A DNA stretch of 64,000 nt. Source: a bacterium (lineage in GTDB: Bacteria > Patescibacteriota > Minisyncoccia > Phycocordibacterales > UBA2100). How positions within the stretch are numbered: position 1 is the first letter of the stretch; each line of letters opens with the position of its first letter. Below the pieces are notes generated by a model. The model did no database searches, was not told the DNA's origin, and was given only the letters and a program-made list of their open reading frames with translations. Both the position numbers and the translations under genes were made by a program. Shown here piece by piece: positions 56,652 through 64,000 of this stretch. The stretch is from assembly GCA_030674455.1 (NCBI GenBank), contig JAUSGQ010000006.1, forward strand, positions 15,654 to 79,653. The letters are read 5' to 3'.

Positions 56652-59228
56652 ATGGGGATGTCATTTTGGAAGGGGCTTTTAGGGGACGATAATTCCGCCG
56701 CTCTTAAGCGCGCACAGCCTATTGTCACTCAAGTTAACGCGCTTGAGAACGAAATGCGCGCTTTATCAGACGCGGAATTGATCGATACAACAAATAAACT
56801 TCGTCAGGAGCTTGAATCGGGAAAGACCCTTGATGAAATTGCTTCGCGGGCGTTTGCGCTCGTGCGCGAATCCTCGAGGCGTACGCTCGGAGAGCGCCAT
56901 TTTGATGTTCAGCTCATCGGCGGCATGATCCTGCATAATGGAGACATAGCGGAAATGAGAACTGGCGAAGGAAAGACGCTCGTCGCAACCTTACCCGCGT
57001 ATCTAAACGCTCTTTCGGGTAAAGGTGTGCATATTGTTACGGTCAACGACTATCTATCTCGCCGCGATGCGGTGTGGATGGGGCAGATATACCACGCCCT
57101 CGGTTTGTCTGTAGGAGTCATCAATAATGACAGTTCATTTTTATACGACCCAAGCAGTGTGTCTGAAAGTACGTCGGGCGAAAGCTCCAAGCTCCAAGCT
57201 CCAAGCTCCAATCAAAATCCAAATACCAATGATCAAAATCAAAAACTGGACGAAATTCGGGACGCAACAGGGAGTTTCCACGTAGTCCATGAATTCCTGC
57301 GCCCGTGTTCCCGTACGGAGGCGTATGCGGCCGATATTACGTACGGAACGAATAATGAGTTCGGCTTCGATTACTTGCGCGACAACATTGAATACACTCC
57401 TGCCACGCTCCGGCAACGCGGATATAACTATGCGATAGTAGACGAAATAGACTCCATATTGATAGACGAGGCGCGCACTCCGCTCATCATATCCGCGCCC
57501 GTTGCGGATGCCGAGCGCCTGTATGACCGATTCGCGGTAATTGCAAGGAAGCTTATTCCAAAGGAGGATTATACGATTGACGAAAAACATAAACAAATAG
57601 AGCTTTCCGACTCTGGAATTGAAAAGGCGCAACTCGAACTCGGAGTCGGAAACATATATACCGAAAAGGGAATTAAATACGTACACCATTTAGAGACAGC
57701 GGTGCGCGCGGAGGCGCTTTTTCATAAAGACAAAGAGTACGTTGTTCGCAATAATGAGGTCGTAATAGTCGACGAATTTACGGGCAGATTACAGCCGGGG
57801 AGGCGGTGGAGCGAAGGGCTGCACCAGGCTATTGAAGCCAAGGAGGGAGTTAGCGTTCAACAAGAATCGCGCACCTTTGCCTCGATTACATTCCAGAATT
57901 ATTTCCGCCTGTATGAAAAACTTGGCGGAATGACAGGCACGGCCATGACGTCTTCCGAGGAATTTTATAAAGTGTATGGCCTTAATACCGTTGCCGTGCC
58001 TACAAATAAGCCGTCTGCAAGAATAGACCATGAGGACCTTATCTTTCAGACTGAAGCCGGCAAATATAAAGCGGTTGCAAGAAAAGTGCGTGAACTAAAC
58101 AAAAAAGGTCAGCCGGTTCTTGTGGGGACTGCGTCAGTGGAGAAAAACGAATTGCTAAGTGCGCATTTCAAGCAAGAGGGTATTCCGCACGAAATGTTGA
58201 ACGCGAAGAACCATGAAAGGGAAGGGGAAATAATCGCGCAAGCGGGTCGCTATGGTGCAGTAACCATTGCGACCAACATGGCAGGCCGCGGCGTAGACAT
58301 CAAGCTGGGTGGAAATCCCACGACAGACGAGGAGTACGACAAAGTAAAAGCACTCGGCGGCCTCTATGTGCTTGCGACTGAGCGCCATGAAGCGAGGCGA
58401 ATAGACAATCAATTGCGAGGCCGTTCGGCGCGGCAGGGCGACCCCGGAGAAACTGAATTTTTTGTTTCTCTCGAAGACTCTCTGATGCGTATTTTCGCCT
58501 CGGATATTATCAAGCGGGTTATGGGCACGTTCAAAATTCCGGAGGATGAGCCGATTTACAATTCGATGATAACGAAATCTCTTGAGAAGGCGCAGACTCG
58601 CATCGAGGAGATGAATTTTGATATGCGTAAACACGTTCTCGCGTACGACGATGTTCTCAACATCCAGAGACAGAGTATTTATTCTCGCAGGCGTGCTTTA
58701 TTGGTGGGCGGCAAAGATGCAATCGATTCCGAACTCGCAAGAATCGGCGAAGCTAACGAAAGTTTCAAAGCTGTCGTCTCAGAGAAGAAAACTGAACTCG
58801 GCGCGTCTTTCCACGAATTGGTGCAAAAGTTTTTATTGCAAACAATTGATTTTCTCTGGGTCGATCACCTGGAAGCAATGGAATATTTGCGTTCAAGCGT
58901 AAATCTGCGCGCGTATGGACAGAGAGATCCGCTTGTCGAGTACAAAAGGGAAGGGCTAAAAATGTTCCAACAAATGGAATCTTCGTACGCGATGCAAATT
59001 GAGAATGTACTTCCAAACCTCAAAGGCGAGGTAAATGTAAGCGCAGAAGCCAAAGTTATCCACAACGCAGTTCGCTCGATAACTCTCGGTTCCTCGCTAC
59101 CTAATCAGGAGAAATTCGAGCGCAACGACAAAGTCGTAATTACCGACGGCAAGGAAAACAGAGAGATGAAATTCAAGAAAGCTGAAGCACTTCTTGCAAC
59201 AGGCAAGTGGAAGATAGTTGGGAATTGA
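56652..59228 (+). CDS. secA: preprotein translocase ATPase SecA
   Basis: DEAD-like motor domains (MRTGEGKTL; DEVDSILIDEARTPLII), preprotein cross-linking domain and helical scaffold. 858 aa. Confidence 0.95.
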   Translation: MGMSFWKGLLGDDNSAALKRAQPIVTQVNALENEMRALSDAELIDTTNKLRQELESGKTLDEIASRAFALVRESSRRTLGERHFDVQLIGGMILHNGDIAEMRTGEGKTLVATLPAYLNALSGKGVHIVTVNDYLSRRDAVWMGQIYHALGLSVGVINNDSSFLYDPSSVSESTSGESSKLQAPSSNQNPNTNDQNQKLDEIRDATGSFHVVHEFLRPCSRTEAYAADITYGTNNEFGFDYLRDNIEYTPATLRQRGYNYAIVDEIDSILIDEARTPLIISAPVADAERLYDRFAVIARKLIPKEDYTIDEKHKQIELSDSGIEKAQLELGVGNIYTEKGIKYVHHLETAVRAEALFHKDKEYVVRNNEVVIVDEFTGRLQPGRRWSEGLHQAIEAKEGVSVQQESRTFASITFQNYFRLYEKLGGMTGTAMTSSEEFYKVYGLNTVAVPTNKPSARIDHEDLIFQTEAGKYKAVARKVRELNKKGQPVLVGTASVEKNELLSAHFKQEGIPHEMLNAKNHEREGEIIAQAGRYGAVTIATNMAGRGVDIKLGGNPTTDEEYDKVKALGGLYVLATERHEARRIDNQLRGRSARQGDPGETEFFVSLEDSLMRIFASDIIKRVMGTFKIPEDEPIYNSMITKSLEKAQTRIEEMNFDMRKHVLAYDDVLNIQRQSIYSRRRALLVGGKDAIDSELARIGEANESFKAVVSEKKTELGASFHELVQKFLLQTIDFLWVDHLEAMEYLRSSVNLRAYGQRDPLVEYKREGLKMFQQMESSYAMQIENVLPNLKGEVNVSAEAKVIHNAVRSITLGSSLPNQEKFERNDKVVITDGKENREMKFKKAEALLATGKWKIVGN

Positions 59229-59497
59229 GCTTGTCTCGGACCTCCGAGATGTTCCGATATATCGAGCCATCTCGGACGTGTCTCGGATTACCATGTGGTT
59301 CATATGCATTGGTGAATGGAAGCTCAAATTTGCAAAATACAATTTGCAATTTGCAAATTAAATCTAAAATCGCAATTCTCAAGCTATACCATCATGAAAA
59401 CACGGCCGATGCAAATGCCTTTTGTAATTTCTGTATTGTGATTTTGTTTGCAAATTATGGTTTGGAGCTTGCAAATTCAACGTGTTACAGTGCCCGC

Positions 59498-61528
59498 ATG
59501 GCAACATACGTTCCCACGATAGGACTTGAGATTCATGCCGAGCTCAAAACCAGGACCAAAATGTTCTGTAGTTCAAAGAACGATGCCGACGAAGTGCGCC
59601 CAAATTTTAATGTCTGCCCCGTCTGCCTCGCGCATCCGGGCACGCTTCCTGTTATCAACCAGGAAGCCGTGAGGCACGTACTGCGGGTAGGGAACGCGCT
59701 TAAGGGAACTATCGCCGATTATACGGAATTCGATAGAAAGAATTATTTTTATCCCGACCTTCCGAAGGGCTATCAAATTAGCCAATACGAATACCCCTTA
59801 GTTTCTGGGGGCTCGCTTAACGAGGTGCAGATTACAAGAATCCATCTCGAGGAAGACACCGCCTCGCTGATGCACGCCGAAGAACATCAGCGGATATCCG
59901 CGGATATGAATCTGCGACAATCTGCGTCCTTGGTGGATTACAATCGCGCAGGAGTACCACTGATGGAGTTGGTGACAGAACCAGTTATCAAAAGTGCGGA
60001 AGAAGCCGGAACGTTTGCCCGAGAATTACAGCTGCTTCTTCGATACTTGAACGCTAGCGAGGCGAATATGGAAAAGGGAGAAATGCGCGTAGAAGCCAAC
60101 GTCTCTGTCGCTAAAGCGCCAGAGACCGCGGATTCACGCGGATACGAAGAGCGGATTCACGCGGATACAGAAGACACGAAGTTGTTATATAAGGAATTGA
60201 CTTATAAAATCAGGGGAGCCGCATTTGCAGTCTATAACGTCCTTGGTAGCGGCCACAAAGAATCCGTATATCAAAATGCTTTTGCGGAACATTTAAAAAA
60301 GGTAGGTATTTCATACGCAAAAGAGCAGAGCATTGGCGTGTCTTATGAAGGGAAACGGGTAGGGAGTTATCAGCCGGACTTCGTGATAGACAATAAAATC
60401 ATAATAGAATTAAAGGCACTTCCGTTTGTCGGGGATATAGAGAGAAGGCAAGTTCGTTACTATCTCAAAAACTCATCCTATCGACTCGCGTTACTCATCA
60501 ATTTCGGTTCGAGCCCCATCGGTATTGAAAGGATCGTATACGATCATATCCGCCATCAAACGCAGATAAGCGCTGATTCCCATCCGCGGATATCCGCTGA
60601 TAATCCGCGTATATCTGCGGAGTTAGGCACAAAGGTAGAGATAAAGAACCTGAACTCGTTTCGCATTATGGAAAAAGCAGTCGCGTATGAAATTAAACGC
60701 CAACAAGAATTGCTTGAACGTGGCGAGAAAGTTGCGCAGGAGACCAGGGGGTGGGATGAGAAGACAGGCAAAACGTTCTCACAACGGGTGAAAGAGGGTA
60801 GCGCTGACTACCGATATTTCCCCGATCCTGACTTACCATCATTGAAATTATCTGAAGTTGAAGAATTCCTAACCGACGCACTCCTAAAAGATATGCCGGA
60901 GCTACCCGCAGAACGCAGGGCGCGTTATAAAGGCCTTGGCATAAAGGCTGAAGACGCCGACTTGTATGTACGCGAGACTCGTCTCGGAGGGTACTTTGAA
61001 GCTGTTGTTGAGGGTTACAAGCCGCAATCTCGCGAGCTTATTCTGGCATCTAACTACATCGCGAATGACCTTGTTAAGATTATCCGACTTCGCTCCGCCG
61101 AAGCTCGTAAGAGCGAAGGAGAGGATAAGGGAGCTCCGTCGAGACAAGTCCGAGATATGGAAGAACGAGATTCAGAAGTCCAACCCGAGTTTCTTATATC
61201 AGCTCGATATTTCCAAGAGATAATTAGGATGCTCTGTGCCAACGAAATATCTTCTAGAGCGGCTAAAGACTTGCTCGCCTTGTCTATCTCGGAGAAGCGG
61301 AGCCCGTCCGAGATTGCTAAAGAAAAGGGTTTATTCCAAACGATTTCGACATCGGATATCGAGGCAGTCATTGCGGAGGTAATCTTGAAGAATCCCAGGG
61401 TTGTGTCTGATTTTAAGGCCGGTAAGACAGCTTCATTGGAGTATCTGATTGGGCAGTGTATCAAAGCATTGCGCGGCGCAGGCGACCCTATAATGCTTAG
61501 GGCGCTCATTTTGAAGCAACTAGAATAA
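59498..61528 (+). CDS. gatB: Asp/Glu-tRNA amidotransferase subunit B with a ~170-aa in-frame insertion carrying a GxxExxY PD-(D/E)XK nuclease domain
   Basis: GatB core (MATYVPTIGLEIHAELKT, CPVCLAHPGTLPV, HLEEDT, ELGTKVEIKNLNSF, DYRYFPDPDLP, C-terminal YqeY-like domain). The insert at about 60110-60619 contains GSGHKESVY and PDFVID...IIELK. Start placed at the internal Met, since the first 97 track codons lack GatB homology. Confidence 0.85.
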   Translation: MATYVPTIGLEIHAELKTRTKMFCSSKNDADEVRPNFNVCPVCLAHPGTLPVINQEAVRHVLRVGNALKGTIADYTEFDRKNYFYPDLPKGYQISQYEYPLVSGGSLNEVQITRIHLEEDTASLMHAEEHQRISADMNLRQSASLVDYNRAGVPLMELVTEPVIKSAEEAGTFARELQLLLRYLNASEANMEKGEMRVEANVSVAKAPETADSRGYEERIHADTEDTKLLYKELTYKIRGAAFAVYNVLGSGHKESVYQNAFAEHLKKVGISYAKEQSIGVSYEGKRVGSYQPDFVIDNKIIIELKALPFVGDIERRQVRYYLKNSSYRLALLINFGSSPIGIERIVYDHIRHQTQISADSHPRISADNPRISAELGTKVEIKNLNSFRIMEKAVAYEIKRQQELLERGEKVAQETRGWDEKTGKTFSQRVKEGSADYRYFPDPDLPSLKLSEVEEFLTDALLKDMPELPAERRARYKGLGIKAEDADLYVRETRLGGYFEAVVEGYKPQSRELILASNYIANDLVKIIRLRSAEARKSEGEDKGAPSRQVRDMEERDSEVQPEFLISARYFQEIIRMLCANEISSRAAKDLLALSISEKRSPSEIAKEKGLFQTISTSDIEAVIAEVILKNPRVVSDFKAGKTASLEYLIGQCIKALRGAGDPIMLRALILKQLE

Positions 61529-61647
61529 GATATCTCGGTATCTGCGAGAATCTGCGGGAATTTCCTGCGAGAATCTGCGTCTAGAGTAATCCACAGGTAG
61601 GCCCCAGGAGGACATCATAAGGGAATATCTGGTATATAATAAAATGC

Positions 61648-62673
61648 ATGTCAGACGAACTAACAATCGACTCGCAGACTTTTATCTCGTCTAAACGAGC
61701 ATCGGAGTTAAGCGGATATGAGCAGGATTACATAGGCCAGCTTTGTCGTGGAGGTAGCATAACTGCGCGCAGAGTGGGTGGGCTTTGGTATGTGTCGGAA
61801 GAATCTCTTATGAGCTATAAAAAGGGTGCCGCGCAGTATAAGCCGGAGCCACCGCTAAATACCGGCGAGATAGCTCGACCGGATTCATTGGTTTCTTTTG
61901 ACGGCAGGGGTTATATCTCAACATCCCGCGCGGCGAAAATTACCGGATACACACCAGATTATGTGGGACAAATGGCCAGAGCCGGCATTATCCCGTCACG
62001 GCAGGTAGGAAATCGATGGTATGTCGAGCAATCGGGCATATTGAGGCACAAGGAGAGTAAGGACGCCCTATTAGCGGCCGTACAGGTTCAATCTGTTGGT
62101 ATTACGAATCAGAAAGCCACGGAAGTTGAGAGTGATATGGCCGTGGCACCATTACTGAAGTATGTCAGCGATAATCGCGAACTCCTCCCATCTATGGGCG
62201 AATCAGCAGACCGTCTACAGGTGCCGACCATAGACCGGTCGGCCCGTCTACAGGCGAATCAGCAGACTTCGTGGCTCGGCCTGCCGATGCCTACCCCATC
62301 GGCCTTCGTGGCTAGGCCTGCCGATATCAGATCTCCTGAAGCGGAGATGGCAAACGAGGAGGTTGCAGAGCAGGAACATGTCATCCCGATACGGATACAT
62401 CATAATAGCCGAAATATTGCTAAGAATAAGGCCTTTTTTAAGCCAGTGGCTGTAATACCAAGAAAGTCCTTATTGCCGATGTTGTTGCCGGTTGGAATGT
62501 TCACGATAGTGATTGTCCTTTCGCTTGGATTCGTTTCTCTGAAAAGGTCATCCACCTATACAAGCCGCGGAACAGCCCAATTGGCGAGCGTAGGCATGAA
62601 CTTCGTAGGAAAAGTCGGAGATTCCCTTGAGAACTGGTTCATACCTGAAATCGTTTACCAAAGGACCAATTAA
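61648..62673 (+). CDS. membrane protein with two N-terminal excisionase/MerR-type HTH repeats (...GxWYV)
   Basis: ISSKRASELSGYEQDYIGQLCRGGSITARRVGGLWYV and ISTSRAAKITGYTPDYVGQMARAGIIPSRQVGNRWYV. C-terminal TM helix. In-frame Element C copy at 62221-62265. Confidence 0.5.
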   Translation: MSDELTIDSQTFISSKRASELSGYEQDYIGQLCRGGSITARRVGGLWYVSEESLMSYKKGAAQYKPEPPLNTGEIARPDSLVSFDGRGYISTSRAAKITGYTPDYVGQMARAGIIPSRQVGNRWYVEQSGILRHKESKDALLAAVQVQSVGITNQKATEVESDMAVAPLLKYVSDNRELLPSMGESADRLQVPTIDRSARLQANQQTSWLGLPMPTPSAFVARPADIRSPEAEMANEEVAEQEHVIPIRIHHNSRNIAKNKAFFKPVAVIPRKSLLPMLLPVGMFTIVIVLSLGFVSLKRSSTYTSRGTAQLASVGMNFVGKVGDSLENWFIPEIVYQRTN

Positions 62674-62814
62674 GGCCGATAAAGTTATTCGACAGAAGTT
62701 CCGAGTTACTTACTCGGAGTCTCTTCGGGATTTCGCGCAAAGTTTATCCACAGCATACTCACACATTATCCACACGTTATCAAGAATATCTAGTAGAATT
62801 ATAGGTATTCTTGC

Positions 62815-64000
62815 ATGTCCACAGACGAAATCTTTTTCGATGGGACCCCATATATTTCTGCAGTTGCCGCTGCACAGGAAAGTAATCTGACGCGCGATTA
62901 TATCGCGCGTCTTTGCCGGGAGGGACGTATTCGCGCAAAGCGGGTCGGCAAGAATTGGTATGTCGACCACCCATCTCTCAAATCGTTTCTTGTGGAGCAT
63001 AAATTTTCCCTCGATAAACATCGCGCCGAGTTGGCGCGCGAGCGGGCACATGAATATCGGGCCAGTGTAAATAAATCGGTCAAGCCTAGTATCAGCAGCG
63101 ACATCAGGAGTCGCGCGGAAGCAGTGTCGGCGCCGGCTCCTGACCACTCGGTTCCTCCGCGAACCTTGCCGAATTTCAAAGAGCAGGTTCTGCGAAAATT
63201 CTCCTCGAGAAATATTTCTTTGCCGGTTGGAATTGGAGACTCAGCACTGCGTCTTGCGACGCATGCGACAACCACTCTTAATCCTTTGCCGGTAGAAATC
63301 CTGCATAAACTTACCGCGCTTCTTGTTGCGCTTTCTTTAACAGTGGGAACATACGCCATGACGGACGCAGGCGCCTCTGAATTCGCTAAGGAGATGATGC
63401 GGAGTACGGCTCTCGCAGTCAGTCATCCAAGCGAGATTCCACTCGTGCAGGATATGAAAAGCCAGCTCGCCGCCGTCCTTGACCCCGCGTGGCCGTCTAC
63501 AGGTGCCGATGCCAAACTCATCGGCAAGTTCATGGGAGCTGTTAAGAATTTCGCGCGCTTGTTCAACGAAAGCGTCGACCGAGCCGTCTACGCGATTGCA
63601 TTTACGGATTCTCTGCTGCAATTACCGAACTCTCTTTCAGAAGATAGCTATTTTGCAGGTTCCGGAACGCGCGCATCTGTCGCGGTACGCGTTGACGGGC
63701 GCGCTCCTATAAACGTTCCGCAAAGCGGAACGTCGGTTAAAGCCCCTGACTCTTCGAAGAACGTTTTTGCCGGAACGACCATCATCAACAACAATCCCGT
63801 CGTCGAGCGCGTCCTCCAAACAGAACGCGTTGTTGCAATGGGAGGAATATCCGAAGATGTTTTGAACCAAAAAATCAACCAGCTGGACAACAAGCTGACA
63901 AGCAAAATGTTCTCGCTTTCAGCGGCAAATTCAACAACAATTGCACAGAACTATGTGGTAACCGCCCACTCAAACAAAATCGACCAGCTCAATAGCGTGA
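62815..64000 (+). CDS. paralogous HTH (GxWYV-type) protein, partial (runs off the window)
   Basis: ISAVAAAQESNLTRDYIARLCREGRIRAKRVGKNWYV. Open reading frame with no stop to the window end; not in the track because no stop was found. Element C copy at 63492-63525. Confidence 0.45.
   Translation, partial: MSTDEIFFDGTPYISAVAAAQESNLTRDYIARLCREGRIRAKRVGKNWYVDHPSLKSFLVEHKFSLDKHRAELARERAHEYRASVNKSVKPSISSDIRSRAEAVSAPAPDHSVPPRTLPNFKEQVLRKFSSRNISLPVGIGDSALRLATHATTTLNPLPVEILHKLTALLVALSLTVGTYAMTDAGASEFAKEMMRSTALAVSHPSEIPLVQDMKSQLAAVLDPAWPSTGADAKLIGKFMGAVKNFARLFNESVDRAVYAIAFTDSLLQLPNSLSEDSYFAGSGTRASVAVRVDGRAPINVPQSGTSVKAPDSSKNVFAGTTIINNNPVVERVLQTERVVAMGGISEDVLNQKINQLDNKLTSKMFSLSAANSTTIAQNYVVTAHSNKIDQLNSV

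Noticed and set aside
59207-59497. 97-codon N-terminal extension of the gatB ORF in the track
   Set aside because: No GatB homology. It consists of ATTTGCAAAT palindromes and TCTCGGA repeats. Canonical GatB begins at MATYVPTIGLEIH (59498).
60110-60619. Intein within gatB
   Set aside because: No Cys/Ser at the N-terminal junction and no His-Asn plus Cys/Ser/Thr at the C-terminal junction. The embedded domain is PD-(D/E)XK-like, not a LAGLIDADG/HNH homing endonuclease.

Overview
This 64 kb window is a gene-dense bacterial chromosomal segment, about 50% GC, using canonical sigma70 promoters (TTGACA-N16/17-TATAAT). The gene content and style are consistent with a small-genome monoderm lineage such as Patescibacteria/CPR; that assignment is inference, not proven.

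Housekeeping genes dominate. These include an FAD-linked oxidase, an ABC-F ATPase, a pseudouridine synthase, obg, a HI0933-type flavoprotein, typA/bipA, thrS, dnaE, rnhB, rpmF, a NusB-NUDIX fusion, rnc, a short SMC-like ATPase, rpsP, a DEAD-box helicase, ilvB/ilvN, a glutamate-type dehydrogenase, an inositol monophosphatase, an O-antigen-ligase/TPR membrane protein, secA and gatB.

A cell-surface block is interleaved with them. It holds a 2380-aa secreted giant protein with two C-terminal peptidoglycan-binding domains, a smaller PG-binding paralog, a GH18 hydrolase, and a sortase with a candidate substrate carrying an IPYTG-hydrophobic-basic C-terminus. Several lipoproteins and secreted proteins and a RelE/ParE-Phd toxin-antitoxin pair sit in the same block.

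The most unusual content is repeat biology. Two 227-bp elements with perfect 12-bp terminal inverted repeats and 4-bp target-site duplications are inserted exactly in the start codons of the SMC-like and inositol-monophosphatase genes, and each regenerates the ATG. At least three families of short GC-rich palindromic elements are inserted in frame inside essential genes (ABC-F, typA, dnaE, smc, rpsP, DEAD helicase, sortase, giant adhesin), reminiscent of Rickettsia palindromic elements. A roughly 170-aa insertion carrying a GxxExxY PD-(D/E)XK nuclease domain sits inside gatB, flanked by ATCCGCGGAT-type repeats. A 30-nt perfect palindrome recurs three times and flanks an ArsR-like regulator; other hairpin families recur in intergenic regions.

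No rRNA, tRNA or CRISPR array was recognised by eye. A covariance-model scan would be needed to exclude ncRNAs.
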